Below are positions 19,644 through 29,333 of a DNA stretch of 64,000 nucleotides, one piece after another. The stretch is from Candidatus Latescibacterota bacterium (lineage in GTDB: Bacteria > Latescibacterota > UBA2968 > UBA8231). A program made the position numbers and the translations under genes. The notes below the pieces were generated by a model. The model made no database searches and was not told the origin of the DNA. It saw only the letters and a program-made list of their open reading frames with translations. The stretch lies in assembly GCA_965204725.1 (NCBI GenBank), contig OZ242005.1, positions 576,001-640,000 on the forward strand. Reading direction: 5' to 3'. The first letter of the stretch is position 1. Each line of letters starts with the position of its first letter.

Positions 19644-19714
19644 ACTCTTATACAGAAAAGACCGCTGTAGCCGCAACCAGACTTCGTCGACCACCGCGAT
19701 AAACGCCCAAGTCA
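19644..19714 (-). pseudogene. Relic fragment of an SGNH gene homologous to 1020-1093
   Basis: Reverse complement matches 1020-1063 at 43/44 nt and continues, degenerate, to ATAAGAGT. Confidence 0.85.
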
Positions 19715-19778
19715 TCAGTAGGGCCATGGCCTCACTGACGCCGTTGAACTCATGGTTGGTATTGGCTTAGGGAAAATC

Positions 19779-20783
19779 TCAGCAGTAGCTTGGTATTCGC
19801 CGCAGCCTATTGGCTCGCTCGATCAATGTCGGGTTGGGCCTCTGAGCCTTGTCTGACGGTAAGTGTATCTGAGAATTTAGGTGCCGACCCATCTGCTCAA
19901 GGCCCTCGCCGAGTTGTTGATCTCTCAACGCATTCGCCTGCTGTTCATTGAGCCGTACGTAGTACTTTGCATCGAGGTAAATCAAGCTGTTGTCGTAGGC
20001 GCGATGTATGGTCGGCGACAAGGCAAGGCCATTAGAAACATCGTCGGTCCCTTGGGCCTTTACTGGTACAATATGGGCCGCCTCCACGAGATCGAGCTGG
20101 GTCCCCGTCACCGCACAGCGGTTCCCATAAGCAGCCATAACTTGCCGACGAAAGTTCGACGCACGGGCATAGCGGCTTATCGACGCGACGACCTTTTGCC
20201 GTTCCTGCGATAGCGGCTCTAGCTCTTGTGGCTCTATATCCTCCAACTGAGAGGCCCTTAGCAAGAGGGTATATGTTGACAGGTCGCCTCCATGCCGATG
20301 CAGAGAGGCTGCGTTAAACACATAATTCAGAAACTGATCGGGACGAATTCCAACGGCTATTTCCTCGTTGTCTTTTCGGGCAAAGGCTAGGCCGTCTCCA
20401 ACAGCCGTACCAATAGCCTCTATATCGATCTGAACAGAGGGCGAACCTGCTGTAAAGGTGCGATGTCTATCTACATCAAAGCCCGCAAACATATTGCTCT
20501 CAGCGTGATACCCCAGCAAAACAGTACGGCCGCTTGGATTGATCGGCAGTGGCGAGGAAACCGTGGTCATCTGAATTCTGTGTTCGTCCGGTAAAGATGG
20601 TCGGCCGCCATGGGTAAGCGTCCATACATAGACCCAAAGTGAAATGGTATCTTCAAGGTGCTGAACCAAAAATTCTCTGGGGTGCGTAGCCGAACTTGCA
20701 GACACGTAGAAACCGGTACCACCGGATTTCTGTATGGCGTGGAGAACGGCATTGACGAGTTCGGCAGGCGAAATAGCAGGCAT
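19779..20783 (-). CDS. HNH endonuclease (putative restriction enzyme)
   Basis: FRRQVMAAYGNRCAVTG, EAAHIVP, NGLALSPTIHRAYD; lower GC; follows the MTase. Confidence 0.85.
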   Translation of the reverse strand: MPAISPAELVNAVLHAIQKSGGTGFYVSASSATHPREFLVQHLEDTISLWVYVWTLTHGGRPSLPDEHRIQMTTVSSPLPINPSGRTVLLGYHAESNMFAGFDVDRHRTFTAGSPSVQIDIEAIGTAVGDGLAFARKDNEEIAVGIRPDQFLNYVFNAASLHRHGGDLSTYTLLLRASQLEDIEPQELEPLSQERQKVVASISRYARASNFRRQVMAAYGNRCAVTGTQLDLVEAAHIVPVKAQGTDDVSNGLALSPTIHRAYDNSLIYLDAKYYVRLNEQQANALRDQQLGEGLEQMGRHLNSQIHLPSDKAQRPNPTLIERANRLRRIPSYC

Positions 20784-20789
20784 AGCTTT

Positions 20790-21788
20790 CTAGGTCCTCG
20801 TTTTGCTTTTAGGTCTTTTCTTGCCCCCGTCGTCCGCCAAGGTCTCCTCGCTATCCGTTCCATTCCACATCGCCGCAGGGTGACAAAGGCCATAAGAAGG
20901 CACTTTCTTTTTGGCTCTATGTTTGGTCGCAAACCTAAAAAGACTGCCTTCGAGGTATTCTTGGACGAGATCGCAGCAGATCCACTTGCGCTTCAAGCGC
21001 TCGGCAACCTCTCCCGTTACACAAGAGCCTGCTAAGGGGTCGAACACCAAGTCCCCCTTGTCGGTGAGCATCCTAACAAAGTACTCGGGCAATTCAGCGG
21101 GGAAGCGAGCGGGATGCGGTTTTATATCGTGCTCCTTGCAAAGTCGCAAGTAGTTGGAATTGCTCTCTGTATTGGGAATTGCAATGAGATTGGGCGGAAT
21201 AGAAGCACCATTGTCAATGTTAAATTTTTCACTAATATCGTGTCCACTCGGCCTGAGCTTGGCTCGGTATCCACCCTTGAGCAATCCTTTCATTGAATTG
21301 CTATAGGGAATCAAAACCCGGCGATTGCTAGCTTTCGGCCAAGGGGTCGGCGACAGCCACCAGACGCAATTGATCGCGTCTTTAACTCGAATGCGCCGCA
21401 CATTTACCCACTCTGCTGGCGTGGGCAACTTGGATGGATTCCACCAGAAGAATTCTTGTGCGAGATGAAAATCGAACTCCCTGCAAAGCATAATCAAAAG
21501 CTCATAGTGATAAAGCGAGCGAGTCGGCTGCCCGGGAATCCAAGCACCACCAATGTCAATGACCAGCGAACCATTGTCCTTGAGGATGCGTATAAATTCT
21601 TTGGCAAATGGCCGAAACCAATCGAGGTATTGATCCGCATCGACATTGCCGTAGTCCTTTTTGCGAACCAACCCAAATGGCGGGGACGTCATGATCAGAT
21701 TGACGCTTTTATCGCCAATATCTACCATGAGATCGAGCGCGTTGCCCCAGTAAATTTCCCCCAAATCGGTTTTGTGAAATAGTTCCAT
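20790..21788 (-). CDS. Site-specific DNA methyltransferase, beta class, N4-cytosine type, M.PvuII-like
   Basis: TSPPF motif IV precedes DPLAGS motif I; WNPSKLPTPAEWVN, RPSGHDIS, HPARFP. Confidence 0.88.
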   Translation of the reverse strand: MELFHKTDLGEIYWGNALDLMVDIGDKSVNLIMTSPPFGLVRKKDYGNVDADQYLDWFRPFAKEFIRILKDNGSLVIDIGGAWIPGQPTRSLYHYELLIMLCREFDFHLAQEFFWWNPSKLPTPAEWVNVRRIRVKDAINCVWWLSPTPWPKASNRRVLIPYSNSMKGLLKGGYRAKLRPSGHDISEKFNIDNGASIPPNLIAIPNTESNSNYLRLCKEHDIKPHPARFPAELPEYFVRMLTDKGDLVFDPLAGSCVTGEVAERLKRKWICCDLVQEYLEGSLFRFATKHRAKKKVPSYGLCHPAAMWNGTDSEETLADDGGKKRPKSKTRT

Positions 21789-21838
21789 ACCTCAAATAAC
21801 CTCCCCTCCAGTTGAGATGATAAATTAGGCTTTTCCTC

Positions 21839-22612
21839 CTAGCGAATGCCCGGCGCAAACGGCTTTGACGGATCCGCGTATTCGTTGCCGGCTCGGTCTC
21901 GGCCCCGCGCCAAGTACACGGCATGGGACTGGGTGGGTCGCATCTTCACCGTCGCCGGCATGTAGCGCATGGTGTAGCCGCAGCGCCGCTTGGCGCTGGT
22001 GTTGGGGTTGGAGCCGTGGATGATCTTGGCGTGGTGGATGTGGCATTGGCCCGCGCAAAGTTCCAAATCGACGACCCGCGACTGATCGACCTGCTCGGTC
22101 ACGATTTCGCGCCCGAAGACGTGGGTGTTGTGATCCACCTCTACATAGTCTGAAAAGCCGTGGTGGTGCGAATCGGCCACCACGCGCATACAGCCGTTTT
22201 CGCACATCGAATCGTCAATGGCCAGCCACACGGTGAGCACCTCGTGCTCGCTGAGCCGCTCGTCCCAATACGCCGAGTCCTCGTGCCACGGCACGCGCTT
22301 GCCGTCGCCGGGCGGCTTGCTGATAAAGTGGCTCGACCACAAGATGATGTCCGGGCCGATAAACGCCTCGACAAAATTGAGCACCTCGTCGGCGAGGAGC
22401 CACTCGAAAAGCGCGGGATGGGCAAAGTGCGGTACATCCATGGCCTCGGGCCGCTTGCCGGCCGGCAAATCGGCCAACAAGCCCGCGAAGAAGGCCCGTA
22501 AACGCTGGAACTTTTCGGCGGGAAAGAGCGGATGGGGATAGACGAAATAACCGTGCTCGCGGTAGAACTGCACGTCTGCCGCGGCGAGGTGCAGGGGGTG
22601 GGAAGTGCTCAT
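21839..22612 (-). CDS. Phytanoyl-CoA dioxygenase (PhyH) family Fe/2OG enzyme
   Basis: VPWHED (HxD), TVWLAID, ENGCM, IIHGS..N.S..RR. Confidence 0.88.
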   Translation of the reverse strand: MSTSHPLHLAAADVQFYREHGYFVYPHPLFPAEKFQRLRAFFAGLLADLPAGKRPEAMDVPHFAHPALFEWLLADEVLNFVEAFIGPDIILWSSHFISKPPGDGKRVPWHEDSAYWDERLSEHEVLTVWLAIDDSMCENGCMRVVADSHHHGFSDYVEVDHNTHVFGREIVTEQVDQSRVVDLELCAGQCHIHHAKIIHGSNPNTSAKRRCGYTMRYMPATVKMRPTQSHAVYLARGRDRAGNEYADPSKPFAPGIR

Positions 22613-22671
22613 CGGCGGCTACCTTTCTTCGGAGTGGTTTCGCGCTGCAATCTCAATATACGGCAATCCGC

Positions 22672-24657
22672 TCACCCGTGCAGAATCGGATGCCCCGCGC
22701 CCTTAAACCAAGCCCAGTCGAGCACAAACGACAGAAAAACCCCGCAGAAAAACCCCACCACCAGTCCGATAAATAGCGGCTTGAGCCGCTGGTAGAGCGC
22801 CACGCCGCCGAGGCGCAAGATCAACGCCTTGCAGGCCCACGCCAAGAACACCGAAAACACAATCCGCTTGACCATCCACGTAGAGGCTACGGCCAGCCCC
22901 ACCGGGTGCAGGGGCCACCACGCGACTCGGTAATACAACAACGCCAGCACCCCATAGCCCAACACCCCGCTGCCGGCCAAGCCGAGCTTGTCCCAGTCAA
23001 CGGGCGCGGGATGGCGCGTCTGCTCGGCGGCCCAGTCGAAGGCCCGGCCACCGACGCCCCCAGCGGCATTGAAGAACCACGAGCGCAGATTGCCCGCCCC
23101 GTAGTCGTAGCACAAGTAGATCGTAAAACTGGCGGTCGCGACAAAGCTGACCACCACCGCCAAGCCGAGGGCCGCGGCCAGCCTCCCGCTGCGCCGTTGC
23201 GCGTAGTAATCGTGCAACTTGAGTGCGTTGGCGGCCGAAGGCATAAAGGTAGATTGCACATCGCCGCACCACGCAAAGGTCAGCGCCAGCGCGACCAAAT
23301 TCTGCGGCCCGAGCGCCGAGCCAGCCGCGGCCACGACCATGCCCTGCGCACTCATCGGCGTCGTCAAATAGTGCAAACCGGCTTGTACCACCAGCCGCGT
23401 CAGGCCCAAGAAAATCGTCAGCGCGACCGCCAGATAAAAAGCCGCTAAGTGCAGGTCCAACCCGCTGCGCCACAGCCAGCCGAGGATAAAACCCAGCCCG
23501 GCCAACCCGCCGCCCACGGCGACCCGATAGGAAATTATCTCGTCGGCGTCGTCAATCCGCCCGGCGCGGCCCAGCGCGGTGGACCACACGGCCGCGAGGT
23601 GCTTCCGCGCCATCCACAAACTCCCCCCGACCATCGCCGCAAAGGCCCCCCAAGACTGCCAAGACAAGGGCGTCCCGCCGTACACAAACGGGTCGGCGCG
23701 CAAATTGAAAACCCCCAGTTGATTGATCAGGCCCAGTTGCACCAAGTAGAGCAGATGGAAAAACCAGACGCTGAACGAAATGGCCAGCGGGGCCAGATAC
23801 ATAAATCCCAAGACCGGGAAGTACAGCAGCAGATGGACGGCCGGGGCATGGGGGATGAGGGAAACGGTCCAGTCCCGCAAGACGGGCACTTGCGCCAAGC
23901 CCGGGAAAAAGTAGCTCGGAACGTTGAAGGCGATCAGCCCGCAGGGAATGGCAAAGCCGATCCAGAAGGCCCGGGTCTTGAACGCGGGCGGCAGCGCCGA
24001 CCCCGCGGCCACCTCGGTCAGCATCAAGGCCGCCTCGGTCAGGGGAAAGGTCAGCCGCTCGCGCTCCATCCAGTGCCGGCGCAACACCACCACCGAGCAC
24101 AGGCCGACGAAGTACAGGGCCAGCACCAACAGCAGCCACCACAGCAGCGGCTCGGCCCACGCTCCCCATGGAATCGCCCACTCTTTGCTCGGCAACCCCT
24201 CGTAGAAAAAGCGCATGGCGTCGTGCGCTGGGTCTGGGATCGCCCAATCCGGCAGATGGGGATGGACATACACCGCCCACTCGTTGGTGGGGAGTGCGCC
24301 GTAATAGGGTTTGGAGATGATGCTGAGAATCAGGCCGACGATGAAGATGGGCATGCCGCTGGCGACCAGCCCCATGATGGTGATGGTGATCAGCTCGGCT
24401 GCGCTGAGGGCGCGTTTGAGCAGTACGTTGCCCAACACGAGGATAAAGAGCGGCGCTCCCACGGCGATGGGAAAGTACGACCACGTCATCTCCGACGAGC
24501 CGACCATCCATATTGAATAGGGGCTGCCCACGCTAATGGCGACGACCAGCCCCAGCCCGAGCAACATAGACCGCCAGCTCAAGCCGGACCCGGGCAATTC
24601 TACTAGGTAGCGGTCGCTGAGATGGGCGAGGTATTGGGCGGGGATTTTCTTTTGCAA
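22672..24657 (-). CDS. DUF6785/DUF6784-like polytopic membrane protein (putative transporter)
   Basis: RRHWMERERLTFPL, WWPLHPVG, LAWACKALILRLGG, PLFIGLVVG; start uncertain. Confidence 0.7.
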   Translation of the reverse strand: MQKKIPAQYLAHLSDRYLVELPGSGLSWRSMLLGLGLVVAISVGSPYSIWMVGSSEMTWSYFPIAVGAPLFILVLGNVLLKRALSAAELITITIMGLVASGMPIFIVGLILSIISKPYYGALPTNEWAVYVHPHLPDWAIPDPAHDAMRFFYEGLPSKEWAIPWGAWAEPLLWWLLLVLALYFVGLCSVVVLRRHWMERERLTFPLTEAALMLTEVAAGSALPPAFKTRAFWIGFAIPCGLIAFNVPSYFFPGLAQVPVLRDWTVSLIPHAPAVHLLLYFPVLGFMYLAPLAISFSVWFFHLLYLVQLGLINQLGVFNLRADPFVYGGTPLSWQSWGAFAAMVGGSLWMARKHLAAVWSTALGRAGRIDDADEIISYRVAVGGGLAGLGFILGWLWRSGLDLHLAAFYLAVALTIFLGLTRLVVQAGLHYLTTPMSAQGMVVAAAGSALGPQNLVALALTFAWCGDVQSTFMPSAANALKLHDYYAQRRSGRLAAALGLAVVVSFVATASFTIYLCYDYGAGNLRSWFFNAAGGVGGRAFDWAAEQTRHPAPVDWDKLGLAGSGVLGYGVLALLYYRVAWWPLHPVGLAVASTWMVKRIVFSVFLAWACKALILRLGGVALYQRLKPLFIGLVVGFFCGVFLSFVLDWAWFKGAGHPILHG

Positions 24658-24821
24658 GGGGTGCGCTGCTTGGCAAGACTAGATTTTGATTACCATTCCC
24701 TATCTCCTAATATATAGAGAACATGGCAGCCGACTGATACCACGCATCTGGGGGGCCTCTTATTGGAAACAAAAGCGGGGGAATGCGGCCGCCGAATGAC
24801 TATTAACCAAAGGAGGATATC

Positions 24822-25106
24822 ATGAGTTGGAAGCAGTTAATGGGAGTACTAACCCTAGTTGTAGCCATGTTTTCCACGGCTATAATGATCTCAACGTATT
24901 ATAATGTCTCGGGATTTGAGAGAGTTGAGAATAGAATCGAGCAGCTTGAGGGTACACTTGGGGGTAGAATTGATAAGCTTGAGAGTCGCATCAACCATCT
25001 TGAGAGTCGCATCAACCATCTTGACAATAAGATAGACGGACTCTCGAATGAGGTTGCTGAGATAAAGGGAGCACTCAAAGCGAAAAAGATAATGGCGAAT
25101 AGATAA
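24822..25106 (+). CDS. Small TM-anchored coiled-coil protein
   Basis: AAGGAGG RBS, low GC, N-terminal TM helix, heptad repeats; 21-bp tandem repeat at 24978-25024 (LESRINH x2). Confidence 0.7.
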   Translation: MSWKQLMGVLTLVVAMFSTAIMISTYYNVSGFERVENRIEQLEGTLGGRIDKLESRINHLESRINHLDNKIDGLSNEVAEIKGALKAKKIMANR

Positions 25107-25125
25107 ATCATCATTATCTCCGAAT

Positions 25126-25303
25126 CGGCGTCCGTTGTGCTTTGACCATCTGCAAAAAACGCGCCTCCTCTCCAACCTCGTCCCCCAATAAGCGAGCGTA
25201 TTCTCGCGCCGCCTCCACTCGCCCTACCCAAACCAATTCGGACGCCAACGCCTGAAACAAACTCAACGCATAGCGGCGGCGAAAATCCTCGGCCAAAAAG
25301 GCG
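25126..25303 (-). repeat. 178-bp direct repeat: copy of the 3' end of gene 29334-31319
   Basis: Aligns ungapped to 29337-29514 with about 7 mismatches. Confidence 0.95.
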
Positions 25304-25329
25304 GCGGGGCGTCAATCATCGGGTCGATT

Positions 25330-26145
25330 CTATTTTATATGATATGATTCCTTCTCAAAAGTAATACAGCCGAGACCTCCTGCCTGCCCCTCATAGCAAC
25401 TGATGACGATAACCTTAGAAAACGGCCCCATACTCTCTTTCACCTTACTCCAAACCTCAGCCACCTCAGATTTAGTCAACACGCCGGGCACACCGCAGGC
25501 ATGATCCACTAACAGCAGCCACCAATCCCCCCAACGCCGCCACCAATCAGCTTCCCGATCACGATGTTTGTCGGGTTTGTCGGGCTTCTTCTTATCCATA
25601 CAAAGCGGAATATGCTTCAAATAACCCGCCACCACACGACTTCCCTTCCCCGTCGATATATCATTCAAGACCCACTTAGACAACCCCCTCCTTTTTCCTG
25701 TTCCCAAAATCTCCAAGATTATTCCACAATCCAAGGTCCACCGAGGCCCAAAACCATCTGGAGGAGTGAGAGATGCCATAGAAGGCGGCGAAGGCTTTTC
25801 TTTGGAAGAATCCAAATCCACCAGATACTGCAAGAGCTCTCGCAGTTGCTTTTTAACTACGCGCCTTTCAGGAATATCCTTCTCGAGAAACGGATATTCA
25901 CAATTTACAAACCACCTAGGCTCAGAAGGCTTTCGCCCAAAATCCTTCAGCACTTCCTCAATAGTCCGCCGAAGGGACTCCTGAGCCGTCTCCAAGCCTT
26001 CACTCAGACGCATGACCTCGACCGCAATCTCGTCCTCACCAATCACGAAATCCGGCGGATCAGGACAAAACCGCTTCACCTTCCCCAATCCCTGCTTCTT
26101 CAGCCATTGCAAGGCGATGGTCTCATCTCTGTTTATTTTATTCAT
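25330..26145 (-). CDS. Hypothetical protein, possible PD-(D/E)xK-fold nuclease
   Basis: Low-GC 271-aa ORF; E..A..WL...PDPPDFVI....IAVEV; LLLVD near the C-terminus. Confidence 0.5.
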   Translation of the reverse strand: MNKINRDETIALQWLKKQGLGKVKRFCPDPPDFVIGEDEIAVEVMRLSEGLETAQESLRRTIEEVLKDFGRKPSEPRWFVNCEYPFLEKDIPERRVVKKQLRELLQYLVDLDSSKEKPSPPSMASLTPPDGFGPRWTLDCGIILEILGTGKRRGLSKWVLNDISTGKGSRVVAGYLKHIPLCMDKKKPDKPDKHRDREADWWRRWGDWWLLLVDHACGVPGVLTKSEVAEVWSKVKESMGPFSKVIVISCYEGQAGGLGCITFEKESYHIK

Positions 26146-26176
26146 AGCGTCTCATCAACTTCATATTTAAGGCACC

Positions 26177-29017
26177 TTACCGAGATTGGCCCACCCAGTT
26201 AAGCTCCAGTAATTCCCGGAGCGCGTCGTCGTCGGAAATATCCGCCTTCCACCCATAAGCCTCCGCTACCGCTGCATCAAGAGCTTGGTGTGCGTCTTTG
26301 AGCCATTGCGGCTGGGCGTTGTACAGGTTCGTCAGCGTCCGTTTCTTCAGTTCCGCCGCCACCGCTTCGTCGCGCGGAACCGACCGCTTGGGATAGCCGA
26401 GCACAGGCTCCTCTACCCACTCCACCCATTCGGGCGGATTGAGCCAGCGGTCGCGCAGTTCGACTAGTCGTTGCGATGCTTCGGCGATGGCGATGGCATG
26501 CGGATCATTTGCGTAATCGGCGGCGGGTATGTCGGGCGACAGCCCTTCGGGGAACGGAAAGGTCTCGAAGGTCGTGGTCGGCGTGTAGCGCGGGCGGTCT
26601 TCCAAACTGGTGCCGAGCCTCAGCGACCACGCCTCGTGAAACCGGCTGTGCAAGATGCCAAAGGTCGTATCATCGTCGCGGGCGATAGCGATTACGGCAC
26701 TATCGGGACAGACGCGAGCATTGAGCCAAACGAACAATCGGTGTTTGGCAACGCGGGGCGTCGCAATGTAGCGCGATAGGCAGTTGAGCTTTTGCCAAGT
26801 CTCTGGACTAGGCGACACATGCCGCCACCAAAAACGCGCCCGCGCCTTGTGTTTGCCCTGTTGACGCACGGGCCGGACATGTTCTGCAATATGGGCGAAC
26901 GGTGCTTCATATAGCGCAGCGTCGGACTCGTCCATGGCGAAACCGAAATCGACGATCCACTTGCCCGCCGGACGCCGCGTCAAGTCCATGCCATTCACCC
27001 ACGGCTTGAGGACATCGGAGTTAGGTCGTCCATTTGGATTCGCCGGCAGACTAAGCCAATCGCGGGCCAAATCGCCCGGTATGTCGAACGCCCCTGCCTT
27101 AACATCGCCCATGAAGGCGCAGCCCACGTTCTGAGTAACCTTCTGTGCTTTTGTGAGATCGACGGTCCCAGCCGTCAGGTCCGAGTTGATCCGCGTAACA
27201 TCTTTACCGTCCAAGCGCACGGGCAACTCTGCGTCTTTTCGTCCAAAGCACACCAGCGACACCCGCACGGCGGCCCCATCAACAACCCACGGCTCATTTG
27301 CCCAAGCGTCAAAAATGACTCCATGCTCCACAATCCTGTCGAGCACGGCTCGATTGCGCCCACCCCGAATCGAATTGGTAGCAACCAGACCGGCGCGGAC
27401 GATCTTTTTATCGACTATCAGCCGAGCCGCTTTGTCAAACCAATGACAGACCAAATCCGCCTCTCCGTGAATCCGCTCCCCATAGAGCCGCTGCAAAAGC
27501 TCCACATATTCGTCGTTCAGCATCCTTCGCAACAACTTGCCTCCTAAAAACGGCGGATTCCCAATCACCACATCCGCCTCCGGCCACTCCGGTTCCCCAC
27601 CATTCGGCCCAACAATCGCATCGCGGCATTCAATCGCATCCAACGGCTTCAGAATCGGATCGCGCGCCTCCCCATACCCATTCCGCCGCATCCACTGAAT
27701 CTCCCCAATCCACACGGAAACGCGAGCCAGTTCCGCCGCATACGGATTGATCTCGATTCCCTTAACGTTGGCCGGCCCAATCTCCGGGAACTGACGCTGA
27801 ATGCCAAGCACCTCGGCCTCCAACTGCACCCGCTGCTCCAAATCCTTGAGCAACTGCAAGGCAATGTATAGGAAATTCCCCGAACCACAGGCCGGGTCAA
27901 GTACAGTAAACCCACGCAGCCGTTGTAGAAACGCACGCAACCGCCGCTCGGCCTCTGCAATGCGCCGAGTGCGAACAGCCGATGTCTTTGCGGACTTCGC
28001 CCGTTCCACCATAGCGGCGATCTCATCCTTTACCCCTGCCCATTCGGTCAGCCAAGGACGAATCACCACTGGCTCGACGAGAAGCATAATTTTGTCGCGG
28101 TCCGTGTAATGAGCCCCCAACTGCCCCCGCTTATCCGGGTCTAACCCACGCTCAAACAAAGTGCCGAGGATGGAAGGATCGACCTCTGCCCAATCGAGAG
28201 TTGCTGCCTTCAACACCGCTGCAATCTCTTCCCTCTCCAGCGGCAGGGCTACATCGTCGTCAAACAAGCCGCCATTGAACCAAGCGACCGGCTCAAAGCC
28301 CACATCGCCGCCCTCAGCCATCGCCTGAAACAGCCTCCGCGCATATTCGGCGAATTTCTCAGGCTGCTCAAGTGTGCGTTCTAACATCCGCGTAAACATC
28401 GCATTGGGCAGCAGGCCCACGTCCTCGGCGAACATGCAGAACACGAGGCGATTAACAAAATGTGCCACAGCCTGTGGATCGTGACCACGCTCGCACAACC
28501 CTTGCGCCAACTCTGCAAAAGACGCAGCCGTTCGTTCGGTAAGCACCTGCCGCGTCAGCCCAGGCTGCAGCCGCTCTGGGTCCGAAAAAGCCCATTTGAG
28601 CAGATCGCGCTTCTCAGCATCAACCAATTCCTCCAGCCCGATCTCGTGGATCTCGCTGACGCTATTGGTCCAATTCGTACAAATGCGAAATTGCGCCATA
28701 TCCGACACGATCAAGAGCGGCGGATTCTCCAACGCGAGCACATACTGCCGAAGCTGTGTAAAAGCGGCATCCAAGTTGGCGCGCTTGCCCTTGTATTCCC
28801 ACGCAAAATGGTGCCGCTTCCACACATCGGCCCAACCCTCGCCGCCGGTTTCCTTGCGAGCACCCTTCTCAAAGCAGTACGTCTCGCCTGTAGGATCGGC
28901 CTCAGCCGGCGTTGGCTCGTCAAGCAACCGGCACAAGTCGATAAAGTGCTCTTGCGCGGCAGAACGCTCCTTGAGATCAACTGCACGCCACTTGGCTATG
29001 AATTCTTCAGGAGCCAT
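26177..29017 (-). CDS. MmeI-like type IIL/IIG fused restriction-modification enzyme (N6-adenine MTase)
   Basis: N-terminal AD..EYK nuclease motif, GAHYT, LDPACGSGNF, GNPPFLGG, RYTPTTTFETFPFP, LDAAVAEAYGW. Confidence 0.9.
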   Translation of the reverse strand: MAPEEFIAKWRAVDLKERSAAQEHFIDLCRLLDEPTPAEADPTGETYCFEKGARKETGGEGWADVWKRHHFAWEYKGKRANLDAAFTQLRQYVLALENPPLLIVSDMAQFRICTNWTNSVSEIHEIGLEELVDAEKRDLLKWAFSDPERLQPGLTRQVLTERTAASFAELAQGLCERGHDPQAVAHFVNRLVFCMFAEDVGLLPNAMFTRMLERTLEQPEKFAEYARRLFQAMAEGGDVGFEPVAWFNGGLFDDDVALPLEREEIAAVLKAATLDWAEVDPSILGTLFERGLDPDKRGQLGAHYTDRDKIMLLVEPVVIRPWLTEWAGVKDEIAAMVERAKSAKTSAVRTRRIAEAERRLRAFLQRLRGFTVLDPACGSGNFLYIALQLLKDLEQRVQLEAEVLGIQRQFPEIGPANVKGIEINPYAAELARVSVWIGEIQWMRRNGYGEARDPILKPLDAIECRDAIVGPNGGEPEWPEADVVIGNPPFLGGKLLRRMLNDEYVELLQRLYGERIHGEADLVCHWFDKAARLIVDKKIVRAGLVATNSIRGGRNRAVLDRIVEHGVIFDAWANEPWVVDGAAVRVSLVCFGRKDAELPVRLDGKDVTRINSDLTAGTVDLTKAQKVTQNVGCAFMGDVKAGAFDIPGDLARDWLSLPANPNGRPNSDVLKPWVNGMDLTRRPAGKWIVDFGFAMDESDAALYEAPFAHIAEHVRPVRQQGKHKARARFWWRHVSPSPETWQKLNCLSRYIATPRVAKHRLFVWLNARVCPDSAVIAIARDDDTTFGILHSRFHEAWSLRLGTSLEDRPRYTPTTTFETFPFPEGLSPDIPAADYANDPHAIAIAEASQRLVELRDRWLNPPEWVEWVEEPVLGYPKRSVPRDEAVAAELKKRTLTNLYNAQPQWLKDAHQALDAAVAEAYGWKADISDDDALRELLELNWVGQSR

Positions 29018-29018
29018 T

Positions 29019-29309
29019 TCATCCTACAGCAATGCGGGTCGGCAACCGACGTATCGCCGCGCCGGCTCGCTGGTCAGCGGCGACCAGATCAAATTGCGCC
29101 TGAAGGTTCAGCCAGAACTGAGGCTCTACACCGAACCAGTGTCCAAGCCGCAAGGCCGTGTCGCCGGTCACCGACCGCTTGCCCGCGATGATCTGGCTAA
29201 CACGGTTGGGTGGCACGTTAATCTGGTGTGCCAACGCCGTGGGCGTGACGCCCATCTCTTCAAGCTCGTCCTTTAGGACTGCTCCCGGATGCACAACTCG
29301 TCTGAACAT
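29019..29309 (-). CDS. higA: HigA-family antitoxin / XRE regulator, no adjacent toxin
   Basis: HPGAVLKDEL, VPPNRVSQIIAGKRSVTGDTALRL, FWLNLQ. Confidence 0.85.
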   Translation of the reverse strand: MFRRVVHPGAVLKDELEEMGVTPTALAHQINVPPNRVSQIIAGKRSVTGDTALRLGHWFGVEPQFWLNLQAQFDLVAADQRAGAAIRRLPTRIAVG

Positions 29310-29333
29310 GTTCTATCTCCTTTTACACAAAAT

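Noticed and set aside
24658-24710. AGGAGA + ATG (24696) in frame with the DUF6785-like gene but interrupted by TAG at codon 6, suggesting readthrough or recoding
   Set aside because: Single instance; TAG is used as a normal stop elsewhere in the window, and a downstream TTG start matches the paralog N-terminus.
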